This document shows positions 10,177 through 19,241 of a DNA stretch of 64,000 nucleotides, one piece after another (the first letter of the stretch is position 1; each line of letters opens with the position of its first letter). The stretch is from positions 14,496-78,495 of the forward strand of contig CAZKXC010000002.1 of assembly GCA_964556645.1 (NCBI GenBank), given 5' to 3'. The position numbers and the translations under genes were made by a program. Below the pieces are notes generated by a model that saw nothing but the letters and a program-made list of their open reading frames with translations, was not told where the DNA came from and made no database searches. The stretch comes from an uncultured Halobellus sp. (lineage in GTDB: Archaea; Halobacteriota; Halobacteria; Halobacteriales; Haloferacaceae).

Positions 10177-12342
10177 ATGAGCGACGGCGGGCAGTTCGCT
10201 CCGGAGACGTCGGCACGAGCGGTTCTCGGCCGCGTCACCGACCCGATGTTTGCGCTCGACGAGGCGGCCGCGCTCGCCTTCTGTAACCCGGCCGCGGCGG
10301 AGTTGTTCTCGACGACGGATCCGGTCTCGCTCGGCGATCCGGTCCGAGACCACCTGCGAGACCGTTTTGGACCCGCGTTCTCCGCGCAGCTCCGGGAGGC
10401 GGCGGAGACGGGGGTGTCGGCGTCGTTTCGCGCCTACGATACGGTCTCAAAGCGGTGGGTTCGCGCCGCCGCGCATCCGTCCGCGGGTCGGCTGACGGTG
10501 ACCGTCTCGCCGGTCCCGGACGACGACGCCGCACGCCTGGCGGAGGCCGCGGACGCGGCGATCGACGGCATCGCGGTTCTCAACCCGGATGAAGAATACG
10601 TCTACATGAACCAGGCACACGCCGCCGTCTTCGACTTCGAGCCGGACGAGCTGCTCGGCGACACCTGGCGACGGCTGTACGGCCCCGCAGAACAGGCTCG
10701 GATCGAACGCGAGGCGTTTCCACGGCTCCGCCGCGACGGGGCGTGGCGCGGCGAGACGACGGGGCGGCGCCGCGACGGCAGCGTCGTCCGCCAGGACATG
10801 TCGTTGTCGCTGCTCGACGATGGCAGCCTGGTTTGTACGAACAAAGACATCACCGAGCGCTGCCGACGCGAGCGCGAGCTCGACCAGCTTCGCGAACGGC
10901 TCGACCTCGCGGTCACGGGAGCGAACCTCGGCGTCTGGGACTGGGATATGACGACCGACGAGGTGACGTTCAACGACCGGTGGGCGACGATGCTCGGCCT
11001 CTCGCCCGACGAGATCGATCCCCACCTCGACGCGTGGGAGACGCGCGTCCACCCGGCGGATCTCCCTCGCGTCGAAGCACAGCTCGAGGCACACGTCGCC
11101 GGCGAGACCGAGCTGTACGACTGTGAACACCGGATGCGGACCGCCGCCGGCGAGTGGACGTGGATCCGCGACGCCGGAAAGGTCGTCGAGTACGACGCCG
11201 AGGGCGCGCCGAAACGAGCGGTCGGAATCCACCTCGACATCGACGCGCAGAAACGACAGGAGGCCGCGTTAGAACGCGCCCGAAACGAGCTGCGACAGGT
11301 CATCGACCTCGTTCCCGACCCGATCTTCGCGAAGGACGCCGACGGGAGGTACCTGCTCGCCAACGAGGCGACCGCCGACGCGTACGGGCTGACGGTGGCC
11401 GAAACCGAGGGCACCCTTGAATCGGAGATCATCCCCGACGGCGACCAGTCGGTCCACTTCCGCGCGGACGACAAACGGGTGCTCGACTCCGACGAGCCGG
11501 TCGAGATACCCGAAGAGAAACTGACGACGGCCGACGGCGAGACCCGCCTGCTCCGGACGACGAAGATACCGTACACGGTCGCCGGAACCGACCAGAACGC
11601 CGTCTTGGGGTACGCACGCGACGTCACGCCGCTGCGGCGGTACGAGAGCCGGTTGGAAGAACAGCGCGACAGCCTGACCGTGCTCAACCAGATCGTCCGT
11701 CACGACATCCGCAACGCGCTTCAGGTCATCACCGGCAGCGCGGAGCTGTTGGCGGACCGCCTCGACGGCGAGGAGACCCGACTGATAGATGCGATCCGGC
11801 TCTCGGCCGCGGAGGCGATCGAGATCACCACCTCCGCCAGAGAGGTGACCGACTTACTCGTGCGGACGGAGCCGGACCCGTCTCCGGTCCCGTTGACGCC
11901 GGTGCTCACCCGACAGATCGAGGCCGTTCAATCTGGCGACCGGCCCGTTCGCGTCGTCCGGGCGGGCGAGTCGGACGAGCGGCCGGTCCTGGCGGACGAC
12001 ATGCTCGACTCCGTCTTCCGGAACCTGTTAGGAAACGCCGTGGCCCACACCGACGCCGACGTTCCCTCGATCCGCGTCGCGACGACGGCGCTCTCAGACC
12101 GGATCCGCGTGAGCGTCGCCGACAACGGCCCCGGCGTGCCCGACGCGGAGAAAGAAGCCATCTTCGAGGAGGGAATCTGCGGGCTGGACAGCGACGGCAC
12201 CGGCCTCGGACTCTACCTCGTTCGGACGCTCGTCGAGCGGTACGGCGGCGCGGTGTGGGTCGACGACGCCGAGGAGGGCGGCGCCCGGTTCACCGTCGAA
12301 CTCCCGCGCGCAGACGCCGAGGAGCCGGCCACCGACGACTGA
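10177..12342 (+). CDS. Soluble multi-PAS sensor histidine kinase
   Basis: About four PAS/PAC repeats, H-box RHDIRN, N-box NLLGNAV, DNGPG and GTGLGL. No TM segment. Confidence 0.9.
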   Translation: MSDGGQFAPETSARAVLGRVTDPMFALDEAAALAFCNPAAAELFSTTDPVSLGDPVRDHLRDRFGPAFSAQLREAAETGVSASFRAYDTVSKRWVRAAAHPSAGRLTVTVSPVPDDDAARLAEAADAAIDGIAVLNPDEEYVYMNQAHAAVFDFEPDELLGDTWRRLYGPAEQARIEREAFPRLRRDGAWRGETTGRRRDGSVVRQDMSLSLLDDGSLVCTNKDITERCRRERELDQLRERLDLAVTGANLGVWDWDMTTDEVTFNDRWATMLGLSPDEIDPHLDAWETRVHPADLPRVEAQLEAHVAGETELYDCEHRMRTAAGEWTWIRDAGKVVEYDAEGAPKRAVGIHLDIDAQKRQEAALERARNELRQVIDLVPDPIFAKDADGRYLLANEATADAYGLTVAETEGTLESEIIPDGDQSVHFRADDKRVLDSDEPVEIPEEKLTTADGETRLLRTTKIPYTVAGTDQNAVLGYARDVTPLRRYESRLEEQRDSLTVLNQIVRHDIRNALQVITGSAELLADRLDGEETRLIDAIRLSAAEAIEITTSAREVTDLLVRTEPDPSPVPLTPVLTRQIEAVQSGDRPVRVVRAGESDERPVLADDMLDSVFRNLLGNAVAHTDADVPSIRVATTALSDRIRVSVADNGPGVPDAEKEAIFEEGICGLDSDGTGLGLYLVRTLVERYGGAVWVDDAEEGGARFTVELPRADAEEPATDD

Positions 12343-12504
12343 ACGAGGTCGCCGACGGCCACCGGTCTGCGACCGACGGCATCGCCGGCGACGCTACGCC
12401 GATCCGATCGCGTTCTGTGTCGGACTGGGGTGATCGGCGGCGGGCAACACGACGCGAAGCACGGTCTCGTCGTCCGACGGGGCGGTCGTCGAGGAGCCTC
12501 GTTC

Positions 12505-13935
12505 TCAGGTCACGCCGCCGTCCTCGGTCGCGTACTCCCGGTGTGCGTCGGCGGCGAGAATCGCCTCGATCCGGTCGACCACCTCGAGCACGTCCGCGAA
12601 GGCGGTGTAGGGGGCGGCCGGACACACCCGCACCACGTCGGGCGGGCGGAAGTCGACGACGACGCCACGGTCTCTCAACGCCTTGCTCAGCCGCGCGGCC
12701 TCGGGGTGTTCGACGGCGACGTGGCCGCCGCGGGCGTCGTGGCTTCTGGGAGTGCCGACGTCGACCGCCGGGAGACGCTCGTCGACGAGCGCGATCAGAA
12801 AGTCGGTGAGCGCGAGCGACTTCGCGCGCAGGCGTTCGAGCCCCGCCGCCCGCAGCGTCTCGATCGATCCCTCGAGCGGCGCGGCCGCGAGCAGCGGCGG
12901 CGTGCCGATCTGCCACGCGCCCGCCGAGTCCGCGGGCGTGTACGTCGCCCGCATCTCGAACTGCGTCGCCTTCTCGTGGCCCCACCACCCGGCGAGTGCG
13001 GGCGTCAGGCCGTGGTGACGCTCGGCGACGAACAACGCGCCGATCGAGCCCGGCCCGGCGTTGAGGTACTTGTACGTGCACCAGACCGCGAAATCGACCC
13101 CGGCGTCGCCGAACGCGTGTGGCACCGCTCCGACCGAGTGGGCGGCGTCGAACCCCGCGTACGCGCCGGCGTCGTGAGCCGCCCGCGTGATCCGTTCGAC
13201 GTCGAACAGCTGGCCCGACCGGTACAACGCGGTCGGCATGAAGACGATGCCGACGTCGTCGTGGGTCTCGAGCGCCGCCTCGATGTCCGCCGGGTCGATC
13301 GTCCGCCCGTCCTGACTCTCGACGACCCGCAGCTTCTCGTCGGGGTCGATCCCCCGCTGGCGCAGCTGTGCGCGGATCGCGTAGTGGTCCGACGGGAAGT
13401 CGAGTTCGTTCACCAACACCGCGGGGGCGACGTCGGCTCCGCCCTCAGGCCCCCAGGTTCCGTCGGCGGCCGCGTGACCGGCCCGGTCGGGGCCGTTTCC
13501 GGCGAGGAGTTCGTCGAGAAACGTCCCGACGAGCGTGTGGATGTTCACCGTGATCGAGTTGCTCGCCACCACCTCCGACTCGCTCGCACCCACGAGCGGC
13601 GCGAGCGCCGCCCCCAGCCGCTCGCCGACGCCGAACCACGGCGGGTCGGCGTCGGTCCAGCCGCCGATCAACAGTTCTCGCCACTCGTCGACGACGCGGT
13701 CGAGACTCGCGAGCGCCGCGTCGCTCGGCGGGCCGAGCGAGTTGCCGTCCATGTACAACCGGTCGTCCGGCAGCGAAAACCGGTCGGCGACCGCCGAGAG
13801 CGGGTCGGCCGCGTCGAGGCGGGCGGCGGTCCGAACCGGGTCGCGCTCGAAGCCGTCGCCGTCGAGCGCCGCGCTCGCGGGCGCGTACGGGTCGTCGGCG
13901 TCTGAGACCGGATCGTCCCTTTCTGTGCCGTCCAT
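12505..13935 (-). CDS. kynU: Kynureninase
   Basis: YMDGNSLG, FPSDHY, DAAHSVG, WCTYKYLNAGPG, GWWGH, DFRPPDVVR. Confidence 0.93.
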   Translation of the reverse strand: MDGTERDDPVSDADDPYAPASAALDGDGFERDPVRTAARLDAADPLSAVADRFSLPDDRLYMDGNSLGPPSDAALASLDRVVDEWRELLIGGWTDADPPWFGVGERLGAALAPLVGASESEVVASNSITVNIHTLVGTFLDELLAGNGPDRAGHAAADGTWGPEGGADVAPAVLVNELDFPSDHYAIRAQLRQRGIDPDEKLRVVESQDGRTIDPADIEAALETHDDVGIVFMPTALYRSGQLFDVERITRAAHDAGAYAGFDAAHSVGAVPHAFGDAGVDFAVWCTYKYLNAGPGSIGALFVAERHHGLTPALAGWWGHEKATQFEMRATYTPADSAGAWQIGTPPLLAAAPLEGSIETLRAAGLERLRAKSLALTDFLIALVDERLPAVDVGTPRSHDARGGHVAVEHPEAARLSKALRDRGVVVDFRPPDVVRVCPAAPYTAFADVLEVVDRIEAILAADAHREYATEDGGVT

Positions 13936-13996
13936 ACGGGACACGACGGCGCGGGCGACTAAGCCCTTCCGGGGTCGCCTGCGACGCGCCCGCGGC

Positions 13997-16708
13997 TCAC
14001 TCGACGATGTCGATCGCGGGCCGCCCCGGCGCCGCCTGTGCGGCGGTGTCCGGGTCCGCGTCGGCGGCGCGTTCGACGGCGACCGGCGCGTCGAACTCGC
14101 GTTCGATCAGCCAGGCGGCCGCCCGCAACGCCGCGTACTCCTCGTCGCCCGAGAGCGTCTTCGAGAGCGCCTCGCGTTCCGCCTGGAGGTCCTGTCCGTA
14201 GGCGGCGGCGGCGTCGCCCTGCTCGCGGATGTGGTCTTCGGCCATCAGCTCGCCGATCAGGTTGTCCGCGTCGCTGTCGGCGGCGATCGCGAGCGCGTCG
14301 TACTTCCAGTCGGGGGCGACGACGACGTCGATCCGCTCGGGATCGTCGATGCCGGCGACCTCGACGATGTCACGGACGTCCTCGCGGGTGTTCTCCACCA
14401 GCCGCCGGCGGCGCTCGACCGTCTCGCGGTCGACGGTCGCGGCCGGCCAGTCGGCCGCGACCACGAACCCGTCGCGGCCGAGCGTCTCCCACAGCTCCTC
14501 GGCGAGGTGTGGCGTGACCGGCGCGAGCAGCCGAACCGCGACGTCGAGCCCTCGCTCGTACACCTCCGGGTGAGGGTCGGCGTACTCGCGGTAGCTCCGG
14601 AGCGTGTTCACGAGCGCCTGCGCCTCGCGCAGCGCGACGTTGAACGTGAGGTCGTCGTACTCCGCGCCGGCGATGGCGACGGCGGCGTCGATCTCGTCGG
14701 CGACGTAGTCGTCGACCGTCGCGCGGTCGGCGTCGGTCGCGGCGTCGCCGGCGACGTACTCCTCGACGAGGTCGGTCAGCCGCGCCAGAAACCGGTGTGT
14801 CGACCGCACGCCCTCCTCGGACCAGTCGAAGTCGCGCTCGGGCTGGGCCGCCTGCAACATGAACAGGCGGGCGGTGTCCGCGCCGTACTCGTCGACGATC
14901 CGTTGTGGCGAGACCACGTTCCCCGTGGATTTCGACATCTTCTCGCCGTCCAGCTGGACCATCCCCTGTGCGAGCAGGTTGGTGAACGGCTCGCGGTGGT
15001 CGAGCCCCTCGTGGTCGGCCAACACCTTGGTGAAAAACCGCGAGTACAACAGGTGCATCACGGCGTGTTCGATGCCGCCGACGTACTGGTCGACCGGCAT
15101 CCAGTCGTTCGCGCGGTCGCGGTCGAACGGGGCGTCCGCGAGGTCCGGCGAGACGTATCGCAGGAAGTACCACGAGGAGTCGACGAAGGTGTCCATCGTG
15201 TCCGTCTCGCGGACGGCGGGCTCGCCACACGCCGGGCAGGCGGTCTGTTTCCACTCCGTGGCGGCGTCGAGCGGGTTGCCGGTGGTGTTGACGAACTCGG
15301 GCAGCTCGACCGGCAGGTCGGACTCGGGCACCAACACGGGCCCGCAGTCGTCACAGTGGACGACCGGAATCGGCGTCCCCCAGTAGCGCTGGCGGGAGAT
15401 CCCCCAGTCGCGCAGCTGGTACTGGACGCTCTGTTCTGCGGTCTCGATCGCCGCGGTGAGCCGCTCGCGGGCCGTCTCGCTGTCGAGGCCGTCGTACTCG
15501 CCGGAGTTGACGAGCACCCCGTCGTCGGTGAACGCCGCCTCGCTCACGTCGGGGGCGTCGGGCACCGACTCGCCGTCCCAGTCGTCCGGCGTCGGGGCGA
15601 TCACCGGCTCGATGTCGACGCCCATCTTGGCGGCGAACGCGTGGTCGCGCTCGTCGTGTCCGGGAACGCCCATCAACGCTCCCGTCCCGACGTCCGAGAG
15701 GACGAAGTCGGCGACGAACACCGGCAGCTCCTCGCCGGTGACGGGGTTCGTGGCCGTCAGCCCCGTCTCCACCCCGTTCGGCTCGTCGCCGTCAGGGTCG
15801 GCCTCGTGGTGAACGAACTCGTGGACGGCGTCGTCCTCGGCGGCCAGCGCCTCGCTGATCGGGTGGTCGGGCGCGAGCGCGAAGAAGGTGGCACCGCAGA
15901 CGGTGTCGACGCGCGTCGTGAACGCCTCGACGGCGCCGTACTCCCGCGGCTCGGTCTCCTCGCCGGCCGCGTCAGATCCGCCGTCCGGCTCGCTCACGTC
16001 GAACGTCAGCGTCGTTCCGTGCTGGCGGCCGATCCAGTTGCGTTGCATCTGTCGGACCGAGTTGGGCCATCCCTCGAGCTCGTCGATGGCCTCCAACAGC
16101 TCGTCGGCGTACTCGGTGATCTTCAAGAACCACTGGTCCAGCTCGCGGGCCTCGACGGCGGTGTCACACCGCCAGCACAGCTCGTCGTCGCCCTCGACCT
16201 GCTCGTCGGCCAGCACCGTCTCACACGAGGGACACCAGTTGACCTCGGCGTCGCGGCGCTCGACGAGCCCCGCCTCGTGGAACCGGCGGAACAGCCACTG
16301 GTTCCAGCGGTAGTACGCCGGCGTACAGGTGGTGATTTCTCGGTCCCAGTCGTAGCCGAACCCCATCGACCGCATCTGGCTCCGCATGGTGTCGATGCAG
16401 TCCATCGTCCAGTCGCGGGGGTTGGTGTCGCGCTCCTTGGCGGCGTTCTCGGCGGGGAGGCCGAACGCGTCCCACCCCATCGGGTGGAGCACCTCGTCGC
16501 CACACATCCGGCGGAAGCGGGCGTACGCGTCCGTGATCGTGTAGTTGCGGACGTGGCCCATGTGGAGCTTTCCGGACGGATACGGGTACATCCCGAGAAC
16601 GTACGTCGGGTCGTCGACGTCGTCCGGCGTGCGGTACACGGCGGCGTCCGCCCACGCCTCCTGCCACCGATCCTCGACCGCGGTGTGGTCGTAAGCCTCC
16701 TGAGACAT
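13997..16708 (-). CDS. leuS: Leucine--tRNA ligase (bacterial-type architecture)
   Basis: MYPYPSGKLHMGH (HIGH), GWDAFGLPAENAA, CP1 editing motifs FTTRVDT and GTGALMGVPGHDERD, SRQRYWGTPIP, KMSKS. Confidence 0.97.
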   Translation of the reverse strand: MSQEAYDHTAVEDRWQEAWADAAVYRTPDDVDDPTYVLGMYPYPSGKLHMGHVRNYTITDAYARFRRMCGDEVLHPMGWDAFGLPAENAAKERDTNPRDWTMDCIDTMRSQMRSMGFGYDWDREITTCTPAYYRWNQWLFRRFHEAGLVERRDAEVNWCPSCETVLADEQVEGDDELCWRCDTAVEARELDQWFLKITEYADELLEAIDELEGWPNSVRQMQRNWIGRQHGTTLTFDVSEPDGGSDAAGEETEPREYGAVEAFTTRVDTVCGATFFALAPDHPISEALAAEDDAVHEFVHHEADPDGDEPNGVETGLTATNPVTGEELPVFVADFVLSDVGTGALMGVPGHDERDHAFAAKMGVDIEPVIAPTPDDWDGESVPDAPDVSEAAFTDDGVLVNSGEYDGLDSETARERLTAAIETAEQSVQYQLRDWGISRQRYWGTPIPVVHCDDCGPVLVPESDLPVELPEFVNTTGNPLDAATEWKQTACPACGEPAVRETDTMDTFVDSSWYFLRYVSPDLADAPFDRDRANDWMPVDQYVGGIEHAVMHLLYSRFFTKVLADHEGLDHREPFTNLLAQGMVQLDGEKMSKSTGNVVSPQRIVDEYGADTARLFMLQAAQPERDFDWSEEGVRSTHRFLARLTDLVEEYVAGDAATDADRATVDDYVADEIDAAVAIAGAEYDDLTFNVALREAQALVNTLRSYREYADPHPEVYERGLDVAVRLLAPVTPHLAEELWETLGRDGFVVAADWPAATVDRETVERRRRLVENTREDVRDIVEVAGIDDPERIDVVVAPDWKYDALAIAADSDADNLIGELMAEDHIREQGDAAAAYGQDLQAEREALSKTLSGDEEYAALRAAAWLIEREFDAPVAVERAADADPDTAAQAAPGRPAIDIVE

Positions 16709-16840
16709 CTGCTTATATACTCGTGGTGGAGTCGGTGTTCTATACTTTTCCATCCACCGCCGAGACGCCGACCGCGACGGGCGCTCCGTCGGTCTCGGCG
16801 ACGGGTCTCGCGGACGGGGACGTTTTCGATCGGGGACATA

Positions 16841-16850
16841 CTTATATAAT
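16841..16850 (+). promoter_or_regulatory. TATA box of the GNAT gene (leaderless transcript likely)
   Basis: CTTATATAAT lies 21-30 nt upstream of ATG 16871. Confidence 0.6.
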
Positions 16851-16870
16851 CATCTGTGTTAATCGTGAGC

Positions 16871-17605
16871 ATGCTGTTCTCAGACGAGATCACATTCAAC
16901 AACCGCGACCGCAGGGACGTGTACGACCGCATCGAGCGGGCGGGAACGATCGACTACGAGACGGCCCGCCGCTCGCTGGACATGGACCCGGAGGCGTTCG
17001 GCCATCACGTCGCCGTGCTCCGGCGCGACGGGATCGTCACCCGCACCGCAGACGACGAGCTACGGATCGCCTTCGAGGACGAGTCGGAGCGCTTCTCGCT
17101 CGACGACGATCTTGAGGTAACGATCAGACAGGCCCAACAGGACGACCTCTCCGGGCTCGTCGGCGCGATCCGCGAGGCGCTCTCGGATCAGCGGTACATC
17201 GAGGCCGAGACCGTCGCGGACGTCGTCGAGAGCGAAGACGTCCTCCTGCGGCACAACGACGTCGAAAAGCGCGTCTTCTTCGTTGCCACCGTCCACGGCG
17301 ACGTGATCGGCTGGATCCACATCAACGCGCCGACCGTCGAAAAGCTCGCACACACCGCCGAGTTGACCGTCGGCGTCGTCGAAAGCTACCAGGGACGGGG
17401 GATCGGCACTCGGCTCTTGGAACGCGGCGTCGAGTGGGCGGCCGAAAACGGCTTCGAGAAGCTGTACAACAGCGTCCCCTCTTCGAACGAGGGAGCGATC
17501 GAGTTTCTCGAACGCCACGGCTGGGAGGCCGAAGCCGTCCGCGAGAATCACTACAAGCTCGACGACGAGTACGTCGACGAGGTGATGTTGTCGAAGGAGA
17601 TATGA
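16871..17605 (+). CDS. GNAT N-acetyltransferase with N-terminal winged-helix-like domain
   Basis: Acetyl-CoA motif VVESYQGRGIGTRLL, N..AIEFLERHGW; about 75-aa HTH-like N-terminus. Confidence 0.85.
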   Translation: MLFSDEITFNNRDRRDVYDRIERAGTIDYETARRSLDMDPEAFGHHVAVLRRDGIVTRTADDELRIAFEDESERFSLDDDLEVTIRQAQQDDLSGLVGAIREALSDQRYIEAETVADVVESEDVLLRHNDVEKRVFFVATVHGDVIGWIHINAPTVEKLAHTAELTVGVVESYQGRGIGTRLLERGVEWAAENGFEKLYNSVPSSNEGAIEFLERHGWEAEAVRENHYKLDDEYVDEVMLSKEI

Positions 17606-17782
17606 CGGCCCGCACCCTTCTCACTTTGCGAGCCGCTCAGCTCCAATGACACTACGTCACACATCTCACGATTCGGGGCACTCGAACCGCGGCCGGGCCG
17701 ACCCGTCTTCGCGCCCGGCAGCGCGAACTGATCGCTGCCGTCTCCCTTCTTCGGAGCCGAGAAACGGGGGGTGTTTCGTTCC

Positions 17783-18961
17783 GTGATCGTCGGGGTACCG
17801 GCAGAGACCGATCCGGACGAAACCCGCGTCGCGCTCGTTCCCCCGGTCGCCGCCGACCTCGTCGAGGAGGGGTTCGACGTGTGTGTCCGCTCGGGGGCGG
17901 GTGACGCCGCCGACTGGTCCGACGAGGCGTACCGCGAGGCCGGCTGTACGGTCGTCGCCGACCAGGCGGACGTGTTCGAGCGGTCGGACCTCGTCGTCCG
18001 CGTCAACGGCCTCGGCGGCACGGCCGCCGCCGACCTCGACTCGTATCGATCCGGCCAGACGGTCGTCGGCCTGCTCGGCCCGTACGACCTCGACGACGAG
18101 CTCGAGGTTCTCGCCGACCGAGGCGTCACCGCGTTCGCGCTGGAGCTGATGCCCCGGATCAGCCGGGCACAGAGCATGGACGCGTTGTCGTCGATGTCGA
18201 GCATCGGCGGCTACAAGTCGACGATCGTCGCGGCCGAGCGCCTCCCGAAGCTGTTTCCGCTGCAGATGACCGCCGCCGGCACGGTCCAGCCCGCCGAGGT
18301 GTTCGTCATCGGCGCCGGCGTGGCCGGGCTCCAGGCGATCGCGACCGCCGAACGGCTCGGCGCGTCGGTCCGGGCCTACGACATTCGTCTCGAGGCCCGC
18401 GAGGAGGTCCAGAGCCTCGGTGCCGACTTCGTCGAACTCGACCTCGAGACCGAAGGGTCGGGCGACGACGAGGGGTACGCACGCGAGATGGACGAGGAGT
18501 TCTACCGCCAGCAACGCAAAGAGCTCACCCGCGTCGTCGGCGAGTCCGACGTCGTCATCACGACGGCTGCCATCCCCGGCAAGCCGGCGCCCGAGCTGGT
18601 GACAGAAGAGATGGTCGCGGGCATGGAGCCGGGGTCGGTCATCGTCGACCTCTCTGCGGCCACCGGGGGCAACTGCGAGCTCACCGTCCCCGACGAGACG
18701 ATCGACCACGACGGCGTCGAGATCTACGGGCCGACGAACCTCCCGGCGACCGTCGCTCGCCACGCCAGCCAGCTGTACTCCAACAACGTGTACAACTTCA
18801 TCCAGAACATGTTCGACGACGAGCGGCGACTCGAGACGGACGACGAGGTCGTCGAGTCGACGATGCTCACCCACGACGGCGCGGTCCAGTGGGTCCACCC
18901 CGCCGAGCGCGACGCGGAGGAGCCGGCCGACGACGAGACGGAGGCCGAGACCGATGCCTGA
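17783..18961 (+). CDS. pntA: NAD(P) transhydrogenase alpha subunit, part 1 (dI, PntAA)
   Basis: GTG start giving MIVGVPAE; ETRVALVP, PRISRAQSMDALSS, GAGVAG, TAAIPG, GGNCE. Confidence 0.93.
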   Translation: MIVGVPAETDPDETRVALVPPVAADLVEEGFDVCVRSGAGDAADWSDEAYREAGCTVVADQADVFERSDLVVRVNGLGGTAAADLDSYRSGQTVVGLLGPYDLDDELEVLADRGVTAFALELMPRISRAQSMDALSSMSSIGGYKSTIVAAERLPKLFPLQMTAAGTVQPAEVFVIGAGVAGLQAIATAERLGASVRAYDIRLEAREEVQSLGADFVELDLETEGSGDDEGYAREMDEEFYRQQRKELTRVVGESDVVITTAAIPGKPAPELVTEEMVAGMEPGSVIVDLSAATGGNCELTVPDETIDHDGVEIYGPTNLPATVARHASQLYSNNVYNFIQNMFDDERRLETDDEVVESTMLTHDGAVQWVHPAERDAEEPADDETEAETDA

Positions 18962-19241
18962 TCTCATCACCAACCTGACGTTGTTCGTCCTGGCGGCGTT
19001 TCTCGGCTACTCCGTGATCACGAAGATCCCGGCGACGCTCCACACTCCGCTGATGTCGGGCGCCAACGCGATCACGGGCATCACGCTCGTCGGCGCCGTC
19101 GTCGTCGCGGGGTCGGGGTCGACGACCCTCGCGACCGTGCTCGGCTTTCTGGCGGTCGTCATGGCGACGATCAACGTCGTCGGCGGCTACCTGGTGAGCC
19201 ACTTCATGCTCACCGACTTCCAGGGCGGAGGTGGTCGGTGA
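18954..19241 (+). CDS. NAD(P) transhydrogenase alpha subunit, part 2 (membrane, PntAB)
   Basis: IPATLHTPLMSGANAI, INVVGGYLVS; 3 TM; coupled to its neighbours. Confidence 0.92.
   Translation: MPDLITNLTLFVLAAFLGYSVITKIPATLHTPLMSGANAITGITLVGAVVVAGSGSTTLATVLGFLAVVMATINVVGGYLVSHFMLTDFQGGGGR

Noticed and set aside
13535-16849. 1104-aa plus-strand ORF
   Set aside because: Antisense shadow of leuS and kynU. Long open antisense frames are expected in high-GC haloarchaeal genes, and this one has no motifs and is not acidic.
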